Shown: one piece after another, positions 28,337-36,832 of the stretch | How positions within the stretch are numbered: the first letter of the stretch is position 1 | How the letters are laid out: every line of letters begins with the position of its first letter | Source: a virus | Taxonomy: Duplodnaviria > Caudoviricetes | Direction: 5' to 3' (one strand) | DNA: 57,235 nucleotides | IMG/VR virus record: IMGVR_UViG_3300027747_001100 | Location: 1-57,235 of that record | The notes under the pieces: generated by a model | The model's database searches: none | Told to the model about the DNA's origin: nothing | Seen by the model: only the letters and a program-made list of their open reading frames with translations | Made by a program: the position numbers and the translations under genes

Positions 28337-28607
28337 TATTAATTTCCTTTAGTCGTAGTTCAACGAGTCTTGCATATCCGGCAATATCGGTCCAGCTATC
28401 GATGTGATCAGGACTTACAGCAAGTCTTGATAACTTCATAACAATCTTAGAGATGTATGTGGCATGAATCGGATGCATAGGCTCACCATGTTGCTTTAGG
28501 TGTCTATCCTTAATAGCTTCAAGTAAGTTAGCCTCAAGCTCAATACCTTCATAGAAATTGCCATATATATTGCCGCGCTCTTCTAGTACTTCATCAGTTG
28601 TAGTCAT
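28329..28607 (-). CDS. DUF6378-like small helical protein associated with phage nucleotide-metabolism loci
   Basis: LEERGNIYGNF...MKLSRL...HIDSWTDIAGYARL. Confidence 0.75.
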   Translation of the reverse strand: MTTTDEVLEERGNIYGNFYEGIELEANLLEAIKDRHLKQHGEPMHPIHATYISKIVMKLSRLAVSPDHIDSWTDIAGYARLVELRLKEINNA

Positions 28608-29116
28608 TTTGTCACCTTATAAGGTTGCAGTTTCTCTTCCATCTTTTCCATTCTTTTTGTGGTGTTTTTATAAACATCCACCATATAACCAGAATTTCCT
28701 AGACCGATTTCATTAGAAGAATATTGTAGGCATTGAAGTGCATCAGCATAGTGAACTATTAGTGCTTCAGGCGACTCATCATGATACATACGGCAGTAAT
28801 CTTTTACTTGTATAGGAAAGCCTTTATCAATCTCTTTTTCAGCTTCTAATAAAGCAGCTGCTACAGCTGGATAGTTCTTTTTAACCAGATGGTTTACATC
28901 CGAGATCTCCATTTCAGCCAAGTCATGGCATATGGCAATCTTAACCGCTGTATTGACATCAAAAGTATAGTCTTTGGACATCATTAAAACGCCTAGCGCC
29001 ACAAAGAAGCTATGCGTGGCAACAGATTCTTGATGCACAACTGGTTTCATACTGTAACGCTTAGTATGCTCCAATGAATAGCTACGCATAAAGAAATCCA
29101 TGTCTTCATTATTCAT
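28604..29116 (-). CDS. HD-domain 5'-deoxynucleotidase / dNTP hydrolase (YfbR/DatZ-like)
   Basis: KRY...ESVATHSF...CHDLAEMEISD...VKK...IVHYADALQ; start MNNEDMD at 29116 follows SD gagg. Confidence 0.85.
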   Translation of the reverse strand: MNNEDMDFFMRSYSLEHTKRYSMKPVVHQESVATHSFFVALGVLMMSKDYTFDVNTAVKIAICHDLAEMEISDVNHLVKKNYPAVAAALLEAEKEIDKGFPIQVKDYCRMYHDESPEALIVHYADALQCLQYSSNEIGLGNSGYMVDVYKNTTKRMEKMEEKLQPYKVTK

Positions 29117-29567
29117 AGTGCATCTCCTCTGACCCCCAATTACGGCGGTTAAACACACCTGTTTCACGAATCTCATACAAAGCTTTATCAAGTTCATGAT
29201 ATGATCTCACAACTGATCCTGATGCGGCCAATACAAGGTTAAACTTCTGACCAGGCTCTCCGGTTAGCCAAATATACACAATAGGAATACCCATAGCATA
29301 ACACCAGCCGGCCTCAAAGAACGTTCCAGGGTCTTTTCCATCAGTGATACACACCAATAAATTAGTGCAATTAAGAGCTGCAATATTCTCAGTAAGAATA
29401 CCTTCAGGAGTTGTGACACCGGGTTTAAATAAGCATTCATCTTTTGGGCTAAAGTATTTAAGACCGCGGTGTTCTAATATACACTTGGTCTCTTCTATTT
29501 GTTTAAGTTGTTGAGGGTTAAAAAAAGGACCGGCTAAATAAACATACGGATTCTTACCGATCATCAT
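29109..29567 (-). CDS. Nucleoside 2'-deoxyribosyltransferase family protein
   Basis: YLAGPFFN...FSP...DPGTFFEAGWCYAMGIPIV...FNLVL, with the catalytic Glu conserved. Confidence 0.85.
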   Translation of the reverse strand: MMIGKNPYVYLAGPFFNPQQLKQIEETKCILEHRGLKYFSPKDECLFKPGVTTPEGILTENIAALNCTNLLVCITDGKDPGTFFEAGWCYAMGIPIVYIWLTGEPGQKFNLVLAASGSVVRSYHELDKALYEIRETGVFNRRNWGSEEMHYE

Positions 29568-29758
29568 TTTTTCACCACCTTTTTATTCGTTGAGCCTAGT
29601 GGTCTGCCACGTTTCTTGGCTGGCGGCTCTAAATGCTTAAGAATCTTATTTAGTACACTTTCAATAGCGCTAAGCTTAAATGTAAGATCATCAACTGAAT
29701 CGTCTAATGTGTCAAGTCTAAGCTTAATTAAGTCTTTTTCTTCTTTAGTTATAAACAT
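29564..29758 (-). CDS. Small coiled-coil protein with an AT-hook-like KRGRPLGS tail
   Basis: KKRGRPLGSTNKK; strong SD aaggag. Confidence 0.7.
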   Translation of the reverse strand: MFITKEEKDLIKLRLDTLDDSVDDLTFKLSAIESVLNKILKHLEPPAKKRGRPLGSTNKKVVKK

Positions 29759-29775
29759 TTCCTTCTCCTTTAGTT

Positions 29776-29807
29776 AAGTAAACAACTACATTATACACAA
29801 GTAAACA
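29776..29807 (-). promoter_or_regulatory. Sigma70-type promoter (TG-n-TATAAT-like) flanked by two TGTTTACTT boxes, driving the NDT-HD-DUF6378-ThyX operon
   Basis: Minus strand reads TGTTTACTT-gtg-TATAAT-gtagt-TGTTTACTT. Confidence 0.6.
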
Positions 29808-29813
29808 TTACAT

Positions 29814-31181
29814 TTACTTATTTGCGTATTCTTTTATTGCTAGCATTAGTGACTGCTGAGTCTTATCTTTGGAATTAATAGCAGCAACAATTGCTTCATC
29901 AATCGTCTTCTTGGCAATGATTTGATGCACAACAATATTATTTCTTTGTCCTTGTCTCCACAATCTTCGAATAAACTGCTCAAAGATTTCTAATGACCAT
30001 GTATTACTAAACCAAATAACAGCATGACCAGCGCCTTGCAAATTAAGACCGTGGCCTGCTGACTGTGGATGAGCTAGTAATACAGGAGTGTATCCCATGT
30101 TCCATCTATTAATAATACCTGTCATCTTGTCACCAGACACACCAGAACCAATCACAGGGGCATCAGGAAAAAGCTTTTGTAGTCTTTCCAAGTCATGCTT
30201 AAAATGATAACCGATGATGCATGGTTGACCTGACAATTCCTCTACAATATCCGCTACTGCGGTTAGCTTTTCATCATGTATTTCTTGTGTGACTCTTTCT
30301 TCACCGTCTAAATAAATAGCGCCATTAGCAATTTGTTGGCATTTACCGACAGCAACTGCTGCATTCATAGCAGTAACTTGACCATTCTCGATGTCTATCA
30401 ATAACTTATCTTCTAAGTCTTTGTAAAACTTCATTGCTTTTTCAGGCAAATGCACATATACACGATTGTAGATTAGTTCTGGGAGATCCAAGTAATCCTG
30501 AGCTGACATCCGAAGAACTTTGTGTGCCAATGCTTCATGAATTTTTTCTTCTGCTCCGGCTTGTATTTGCCATGTATAACCACCGTAACCAGTCGGATAG
30601 AAGTAGTTAGTTCTAAAATGAGTAATGTACTTTCCAAATGTAGCCCCTCTATCAATAACTAATTGCGGCCCAAATATATCCATTAGACTATTTGGTGCAG
30701 GCGATCCTGTTAAGCCGAACCGCCTTTTAAACTGATCAAGCATTGGTGACAATGCTTTAAATCTTTGAGTTCGTGTATTTTTTAAATAACTAATCTCATC
30801 AACAACAAGCATGTCATATGGCATTTTGATGCCTAAACGTCTAAGAGTTGTGGACAACCATTGCAATCCTTCAAAATTAATAACATGAATTAATGAATTG
30901 TCATGCAGCTTTTTATCTTTTGTAGAACCGTGTAATACGCTGATTGTCATATCATTAAAGTTATCCCATTTCTGAATCTCTTCAGGCCAAACAGCATAGC
31001 ATGGTCGTAATGGTGCAAGAATTAATACTTTACTAATGGCATTTGCTGCTTTTAGAATCTTAATGGCTTCTAATGTAATAGAGGTTTTGCCAAGCCCTGG
31101 GTCAAGCCATAACTGACCTGATCCATTCTCAACTAAGAACTTAACCGCGTTTTGCTGATACTGATGCGGATTCCAGAGCAT
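29814..31181 (-). CDS. SNF2-family (SF2) helicase
   Basis: DPGLGKT, VVDEIS, LTGSPAPN, SAGHGLNLQ and RLWRQGQ motifs. Confidence 0.9.
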   Translation of the reverse strand: MLWNPHQYQQNAVKFLVENGSGQLWLDPGLGKTSITLEAIKILKAANAISKVLILAPLRPCYAVWPEEIQKWDNFNDMTISVLHGSTKDKKLHDNSLIHVINFEGLQWLSTTLRRLGIKMPYDMLVVDEISYLKNTRTQRFKALSPMLDQFKRRFGLTGSPAPNSLMDIFGPQLVIDRGATFGKYITHFRTNYFYPTGYGGYTWQIQAGAEEKIHEALAHKVLRMSAQDYLDLPELIYNRVYVHLPEKAMKFYKDLEDKLLIDIENGQVTAMNAAVAVGKCQQIANGAIYLDGEERVTQEIHDEKLTAVADIVEELSGQPCIIGYHFKHDLERLQKLFPDAPVIGSGVSGDKMTGIINRWNMGYTPVLLAHPQSAGHGLNLQGAGHAVIWFSNTWSLEIFEQFIRRLWRQGQRNNIVVHQIIAKKTIDEAIVAAINSKDKTQQSLMLAIKEYANK

Positions 31182-31449
31182 TCGTAATTTCCTCTTTTGT
31201 TCTTAGTATTAAGACTGTATGATTAAGTGATCTAAGCATTTCATGTATTAGTTTTTGACGTTCAGACACAATGCCTGTTAGCGTCTTAAGTTCCACCCAT
31301 AAAACTTTACCAAGCAAAATAACAACACGGTCAGGCCAACCTGTACTGAAACGCAAATGTAACTTAACTGCATTGAGCTTAAGCCTTTTAGCTTCTTTAC
31401 TAAAGTGCCTTTCAAGATCTCTCTCCAGAACTTTTTTTACCACTTGCAT
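31141..31449 (-). CDS. VRR-NUC domain nuclease
   Basis: ERDLE...GWPDRVV...WVELKT...SERQKLIHEML; exact start uncertain. Confidence 0.8.
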   Translation of the reverse strand: MQVVKKVLERDLERHFSKEAKRLKLNAVKLHLRFSTGWPDRVVILLGKVLWVELKTLTGIVSERQKLIHEMLRSLNHTVLILRTKEEITNALESASVSAKRG

Positions 31450-32078
31450 GGGCCACCGTTTGATTTGCGGTAGTGGCACCATTTGCATAGCATGGAAGGA
31501 TTGGGGGCAAACACTTTATCTTTTTCGATTGTACTAATTCTGTTTTTAAGCTGTATTTGTAAGACAGGTAGCTCTTTTCTGGTAAGTGTTTTATACTTAT
31601 CAGTTTTAGCAAGATCAATGAACTCAATAACATTTTCAACCTCTTCAATTTCAGGCATTGTTGACAAAATTACTGTAGAATAAACTGAAACTTGGTCTGT
31701 ATAGTCACGATGCTTACCTGATTTAAAGTCTAATACAGTGGCTTTGGTAGGCTCATCTTTAATAAATAAGTCGATAATGCCACGAAACATAGCAGATTTG
31801 TCATCAAACGGTACAGGTTCCCATTTATCAGTAACTGCAAATTCCATTTCAGACTGTGCGTTTACTTTAATCCAGTTATCTAGTTTGTCTGATAAGTACT
31901 GAATCTCTTTAGATAAAAGATTTAATCCGCCTTTAAGAACTGTTTCAATCTCTGAATGTAATTGCTTACCACGATTAGCTGCTTCTCCAGATGGCTCAGG
32001 GATTTTATCTATTCGGCCAAGCTTATACTTCAGTGGGCACTGCTCATAAGTCTTTATTGCCGAATAAGAATACGTCAT
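31437..32078 (-). CDS. PD-(D/E)XK (RecB/Cas4-like) exonuclease
   Basis: SYS...QCP...RGKQLH...E...RGIIDL...DFKSGK...CKWCHY...C with an Fe-S-type Cys pattern. Confidence 0.85.
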   Translation of the reverse strand: MTYSYSAIKTYEQCPLKYKLGRIDKIPEPSGEAANRGKQLHSEIETVLKGGLNLLSKEIQYLSDKLDNWIKVNAQSEMEFAVTDKWEPVPFDDKSAMFRGIIDLFIKDEPTKATVLDFKSGKHRDYTDQVSVYSTVILSTMPEIEEVENVIEFIDLAKTDKYKTLTRKELPVLQIQLKNRISTIEKDKVFAPNPSMLCKWCHYRKSNGGPCKW

Positions 32079-33901
32079 TTAACCTCCGAAAAATTGTTTC
32101 CGACTTTAGCTTCTGCTATAAGCGGTACATCAAGTGTAAATGCATGAACCATACAATGCTCCAACTTCTTAGCTTCACGTTCTACTACATCTTCTTGAAC
32201 AGTAATGATTAGTTCATCATGTAAAGACAGCAATAATCGACTGTTCTCTGCTATTCTATAATAGTCGATCATAGCCTGCTTAGCCATATCAGCGCCTGAC
32301 CCTTGGATCAGCGTATTTAATGACTTAAAGCCAAATTCCATCATCTTGCCATTAATTAGCTTAGGCGGTTCACCTTTGACTAATCTACCACCAATAGTAG
32401 AAAATGGCGTTCTTAGCTTGTATCGTTTATTTAAGTCATCATTAATCTTTACTAGGCCAGATGCTACCTCAGTCTTATACAAATCAACCAATTGCTTAGC
32501 TTCTGTATATGTGATCTTAAGCATTTCACTAATCTTCTTAGGTCCAGCGCCATACAAAATACCAAATGATAGTGTCTTGGCATAGTCACGAATAACAAGT
32601 CTGCCTGCTTTTTCCGACATCAGATTGGCAGCAAAGGTGTGTAAATCAGCCATTGGGTCTTGTCTGTATTGCTCAGCTAACTTACCGTCCTCAAAGTGTG
32701 CAAATAACCGTAGCTCTTGAGCTTGGAAATCGCATGCTACCATCTTATGGCCTTCATCAGGTAAGATAAATGACCTGACTTTAGGTATAATTAGATCATG
32801 AATTTCAGAGGGCAGAGGAGTCTTTGGGCCTCGTGTAGGCATGGTCTGAAGTGTAGGCTTAGCCGATAGACGGCCTGTTCTAGTACCACCAACTTCACCT
32901 CTAACCGTGTTCCACTCTGTATAGATTCGGCCAGTGCCTTCAGACTGTTCTAACCACGGCTCTACATATGTGCCAGTTAACTTAACAAGCACATCACGAT
33001 GCCTTAAGACAGATGCTAAATCCAGATCAGTTACTAGATCTGCAAGTGTATCTTTATCTGATAGAGCTGTGCCTTTAGCACTAGTTGGCCATTCTTTTGT
33101 CTTATCATAACAACCTTTATCTTTAATGATTTGAACAAGTTGAGCACCAGAATTATAGTTAATATCATTGACATTAAAGTATTTATCCAGCCACTTATGG
33201 CATTGCAAAATATCTGCATTAGCCTTGTCTAGACATGCCTGTAATCCATCCCTATCAACTCGGACACCTAGCATAGAGTTTTCCAATAAAACTGGCATAA
33301 GCTCTATTTCACGAAGGTATGCTTCTGGCATATCCTCACGGACTTCCAATGTATGGTCAAACAGTTTGGCTGTTAAAGTTACGTCAGCTAAGGCGTACTT
33401 ACCTACCAGATCAGCAGGACCACGTGCAATGAAAGCACCTGCAGACTTAGGCTTTTTAGCCACGGCCGGCACATTGGCCACCAGCCATTCAAAGAGTTCA
33501 TCACGTTCTTCTGGTTGTATTCCTAACCACTCAACACATAGTTCTTTCAGGGACAAGCTACGAACATATGGATCATGCAGAAAGGCCAATACAAGAGTAT
33601 CATGTACTCTTTCAGGTTGTGGAAATAGCATACCAAACCGTTCTATAATCACTGCCATATCAAACATGGCATTATGAAAGCATATACTTCTGCCTGATTC
33701 CCATATACGTTGTATCAGTCTGTGTACAGTCTCATATGTACAGTTATTGTTATGGTCATGACCAAATGCCCAATACTTAGTTTCGAACTGGCCTGTTTTA
33801 TCAAGGACCGCCAGTCCAACCGGCTTAGGGGGGTATTCCTTAGGCCGTGGACCAATTGCTTCTGTTTCAAAGTCTAAAAAGATAGGATCTGTCATTACCA
33901 T
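32075..33901 (-). CDS. polA: Family A DNA polymerase with 3'-5' exonuclease and no 5'-3' exonuclease
   Basis: Exo motifs DFET, HNAMFD, YALAD; TGRLS; motif A DFQAQELR; motif B RDYAKTLSFGILYG; NTLIQGSGAD; motif C SLHDE. Confidence 0.93.
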   Translation of the reverse strand: MVMTDPIFLDFETEAIGPRPKEYPPKPVGLAVLDKTGQFETKYWAFGHDHNNNCTYETVHRLIQRIWESGRSICFHNAMFDMAVIIERFGMLFPQPERVHDTLVLAFLHDPYVRSLSLKELCVEWLGIQPEERDELFEWLVANVPAVAKKPKSAGAFIARGPADLVGKYALADVTLTAKLFDHTLEVREDMPEAYLREIELMPVLLENSMLGVRVDRDGLQACLDKANADILQCHKWLDKYFNVNDINYNSGAQLVQIIKDKGCYDKTKEWPTSAKGTALSDKDTLADLVTDLDLASVLRHRDVLVKLTGTYVEPWLEQSEGTGRIYTEWNTVRGEVGGTRTGRLSAKPTLQTMPTRGPKTPLPSEIHDLIIPKVRSFILPDEGHKMVACDFQAQELRLFAHFEDGKLAEQYRQDPMADLHTFAANLMSEKAGRLVIRDYAKTLSFGILYGAGPKKISEMLKITYTEAKQLVDLYKTEVASGLVKINDDLNKRYKLRTPFSTIGGRLVKGEPPKLINGKMMEFGFKSLNTLIQGSGADMAKQAMIDYYRIAENSRLLLSLHDELIITVQEDVVEREAKKLEHCMVHAFTLDVPLIAEAKVGNNFSEVK

Positions 33902-34170
33902 AACCTGTGTCTAGGAATACATTGAACATCGATAATAATGTCGGACAACATGCCTGACACATTACGCTTGGACATTACCGGAGAAGCTCTCATGCCAGCA
34001 CTTTCACAATCAAGTGTAGCTGATATAACTTCTTGTCGACTCATTTGCTGAACTTGTGCTTCATACCGAAGCTGTACAGCAGGTGCTGTAATGTTCATTG
34101 GAATGTTAGGTGGTGGTGTTGAACTACATGCAGCTAATGCAAGACTACTTAAAATTATTATTTTTTTCAT
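33895..34170 (-). CDS. Lipoprotein (91 aa)
   Basis: MKKIIILSSLALAAC signal II with lipobox; SD aagga upstream. Confidence 0.75.
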   Translation of the reverse strand: MKKIIILSSLALAACSSTPPPNIPMNITAPAVQLRYEAQVQQMSRQEVISATLDCESAGMRASPVMSKRNVSGMLSDIIIDVQCIPRHRLW

Positions 34171-34185
34171 ACCATTTCCTTTATG

Positions 34186-34229
34186 TAGGTGGGGTACTCG
34201 CTCCGTGATGCTTTCCCCCGTCAAACCTA
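34186..34229 (-). ncRNA. Candidate cis-acting structured RNA with a loop-E / sarcin-ricin-type internal loop
   Basis: Transcript reads UAGGU-UUGAC-GGGG-GAAA-GC-AUCACGGA-GC-GAGUA-CCCC-ACCUA. Confidence 0.5.
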
Positions 34230-34231
34230 TG

Positions 34232-35011
34232 TTAGTATTTTTTTGATGCTTCAACAGTTGGAGCAACATCAGGTATGTCAGTGTCTTCAACACCTGCAGT
34301 AGCTACAGCATTTCCCATTTCCTCTTCACCACGTGCAATTAATGCCTGCACAATAGCTAGATCATCAATAGTTCTTACAAACTTAAATTGCAGTTTAAAC
34401 TGAGTTTTTGGATCAGGAACAATAGAGATATTGGTTACAACCGCTGACAATGGCCGCTTTGTAGCTGATGCTACGGTTTGCAAGTAGGTTGCAAAACCAC
34501 GAACACTGGTGACAGGAGTGCGTAATGCTGCAACTTCTGCCATCTTTACAGCCTCAACCGAACCAATTGAGTCAGCCGTTGTAATTAGTAACCTGCGCTT
34601 TTCAGCACAAGCTTTACCTTTACCACCGTTGGCCGCACTACCCCATTGGTCTTTAGGGCAGTTAGCACACATTTCTGATTGTGGCTCTGGTGATGTAGGA
34701 TTAGGTTTAAGACCTGTCAATGTAGGACCAACTGCATAGCATACAGGAGGAGACGGGTTGGTTGGATCATAGCGTTGTGTATAGTACAAGCGCTCTACAG
34801 GTGATGCAATGATCACAACATCTAATGAATTGCCTGCAATAGGCTCATCACGGTATGTCAATGTTCCACCTTTAGCACTTAAAAATACTGTGCCTGCTGT
34901 ACTACGCTCTGCCAACATACTTTGGCTTGCTAGCTTTTGTAATTGGTCTTCAAATACAGTTAATTCTGCTGCTGGTTTGGCATTCTGTGTTGCCGGACTA
35001 GTTTTGCTCAT
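34232..35011 (-). CDS. Putative ssDNA-binding / annealing protein with a Cys cluster
   Basis: CANCPKDQWGS...GKGKACAEKRRL; acidic C-terminal tail; next to the polymerase. Confidence 0.55.
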   Translation of the reverse strand: MSKTSPATQNAKPAAELTVFEDQLQKLASQSMLAERSTAGTVFLSAKGGTLTYRDEPIAGNSLDVVIIASPVERLYYTQRYDPTNPSPPVCYAVGPTLTGLKPNPTSPEPQSEMCANCPKDQWGSAANGGKGKACAEKRRLLITTADSIGSVEAVKMAEVAALRTPVTSVRGFATYLQTVASATKRPLSAVVTNISIVPDPKTQFKLQFKFVRTIDDLAIVQALIARGEEEMGNAVATAGVEDTDIPDVAPTVEASKKY

Positions 35012-35026
35012 TTGCGTAATTCCTTC

Positions 35027-35401
35027 TTAGTTGCGTGATGCACGTACAGATAATTCCCAGACTTCTGATGTTGAGGTGCCTGGGATTCCCTCTCCTGAGC
35101 TTAACCGGTCTTTAAAAGCGGTTGAGCTAAGTCTTTTGTGTAGCAAATCAAAGCTTCTTGTTTCTGCTATATACTTATAAAATGCATCCCAATCAGTAAT
35201 AATAGGGTGCGTCTTTTTATTCATTGCAACTGAATGACCGTCTTCTGTAGCTGCTTTGGTAGTACCTACCTCGGACATAGCATGCATAATATCGGCTTCA
35301 AGTCTTGCAGCTTCTTTAGATAAATCACTGTCTTTAGCTGATAGTTCAGTGCGTTGACGTTTAACATCAACAAGTTTATTAATTAGTTCAGTAAGATTCA
35401 T
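35027..35401 (-). CDS. Conserved replication-module hypothetical protein
   Basis: Coiled coil plus ITDWDAFYKYI...FDLLHKRLS...IPG. Confidence 0.65.
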   Translation of the reverse strand: MNLTELINKLVDVKRQRTELSAKDSDLSKEAARLEADIMHAMSEVGTTKAATEDGHSVAMNKKTHPIITDWDAFYKYIAETRSFDLLHKRLSSTAFKDRLSSGEGIPGTSTSEVWELSVRASRN

Positions 35402-35847
35402 AGTAAGTCCGTTAAAGAGTAGTAGTTAGTTTTGACTTGTGCTTCTTTAAACATTTCATTGGCTAATTCAAACGACTTTTGCCAACGTTCTGGTTGATAT
35501 GACAATGACACATGGCGCTTAATGCCTGCTTGTATAGCCATGGCTGCACATTCAGAACAGCATTGCATAGGAAACGTATAAAGTGTGCAATCTTTTAATG
35601 ATTGCTTAGCAAATAAAATTGCATTACGCTCAGCATGTAAAGTGATTGCATACTTTAGTTCACGGTTGTTTAAGCGTGACTCTGTATCTGCAACGCCTTT
35701 AGGAAAGCCGTTAAAGCCTACACTAACAATTTCATTGTCTGCATTTACAATCACTGCGCCACATTGAGTTGATGGGTCTTTTGACCATGATGCCACAACC
35801 TTAGCCATGTCAAGATAGCGCTTATTCCATTTAAGTTCGTTATGCAT
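35398..35847 (-). CDS. dCMP deaminase
   Basis: SKDPSTQCGAVIV...GFNGFP...HAERNA...CSEC zinc motifs. Confidence 0.9.
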   Translation of the reverse strand: MHNELKWNKRYLDMAKVVASWSKDPSTQCGAVIVNADNEIVSVGFNGFPKGVADTESRLNNRELKYAITLHAERNAILFAKQSLKDCTLYTFPMQCCSECAAMAIQAGIKRHVSLSYQPERWQKSFELANEMFKEAQVKTNYYSLTDLL

Positions 35848-36319
35848 TTAGCATCCAATCAGGTGCATAAGCATTATCTCTATTCCATTTCATAGACATA
35901 ATGTTTTTCTTATGGCGATAATATTGACGGTATGCTTGTACAGTATCATCAGCTTTACATTCATCTGGCATGCATTGTGGTGGGTTAGTCCAGCCGCCAA
36001 ATGTAAGCGTATCTGGTGCAGTGCTTAACTCGTTTTTTAGAATAGCTTCGCATGCATGAGTTTTGCCATAGCGCTTTGTGTATTCTTTACATAAAGCAAT
36101 AGCTAGGTCATAAACATAGTTGTAATGCAGCTTAGATGATCGTGTCCAGATAGCAGACGGATGATTTTTATGTGTAGGCTTATATGAAACTGGATGACCG
36201 TGTTCATGATGTGCAGTTGCTAATAACTGTGCTGACTCTATAATCATTTTGACTACATGCTTATCGCAATGGAATATAGCAGCCATTTTGGCATTGGAAT
36301 GTAAGAAGAAGATATTCAT
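35840..36319 (-). CDS. Pyrimidine-dimer DNA glycosylase / endonuclease V-like protein
   Basis: MNIFFL...DKHVVKMIIESAQLL...THKNHPSAIW...EYTKRYGKTH...PPQCMP...AYRQYY. Confidence 0.65.
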   Translation of the reverse strand: MNIFFLHSNAKMAAIFHCDKHVVKMIIESAQLLATAHHEHGHPVSYKPTHKNHPSAIWTRSSKLHYNYVYDLAIALCKEYTKRYGKTHACEAILKNELSTAPDTLTFGGWTNPPQCMPDECKADDTVQAYRQYYRHKKNIMSMKWNRDNAYAPDWMLNA

Positions 36320-36348
36320 AAGTTTAGCCTTTTAGTATTTAAGAAGTG

Positions 36349-36391
36349 AAGTAAACATATTTATTATACACATGTTCTGACAAAGTAAACA
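36349..36391 (-). promoter_or_regulatory. Sigma70-type promoter (TG-n-TATAAT-like) flanked by two TGTTTACTT boxes
   Basis: Minus strand reads TGTTTACTT-tgtcagaacatgtg-TATAAT-aaata-TGTTTACTT. Confidence 0.6.
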
Positions 36392-36832
36392 TTATCTTGT
36401 AGTGTTTAAAAGCAATAAAGCGATGTGGTCTTCAGGGCCTGTCCAGCCTTCTGGCTTCTGAGCATCTTGCTTATGACCTCTACGAGTGGTACCAGGAACC
36501 TTCTGCATGTTCGCCATGTGTACGATTTCAAGGATCTTAGGTAACGGTAATCCCATATGATGAGCACACCCCATGGCCACATAAGATAAGTCTGCTAATG
36601 CATCAGCTGCCGCCACCAGATCACCGTCTTCATGCGCTTTTAATAGCTCGGATAGTTCTTCCATAAGAAACCTGGCATAAAAACTAATGTCCTGAGGTTC
36701 TAAAAGCTGAGACTTGTGGTTTACAGGTAAGTTTAGTTTGGTTCTAAATTCACGAACTTTATCAAACATTGCTTGATCAGTCAATGAGACGCGTTGTGCA
36801 TCTATGCGGTCTTCAGTTGTAAAAGTAGTCAT
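36392..36832 (-). CDS. All-alpha NTP pyrophosphohydrolase (MazG / dimeric dUTPase-like)
   Basis: LMEELSEL...ADALADLSYV...VHMANMQK...KPEGWTGP. Confidence 0.8.
   Translation of the reverse strand: MTTFTTEDRIDAQRVSLTDQAMFDKVREFRTKLNLPVNHKSQLLEPQDISFYARFLMEELSELLKAHEDGDLVAAADALADLSYVAMGCAHHMGLPLPKILEIVHMANMQKVPGTTRRGHKQDAQKPEGWTGPEDHIALLLLNTTR

Noticed and set aside
31437-32078. Cas4 as evidence of CRISPR-Cas
   Set aside because: Stand-alone Cas4-like PD-(D/E)XK exonucleases are routine in phage replication modules; there is no cas1, cas2 or array.
27407-33901. Z-genome (2-aminoadenine) system
   Set aside because: A DatZ-like HD enzyme and a PolA are present, but no adenylosuccinate-synthetase-like PurZ ORF is recognisable in an apparently complete genome.
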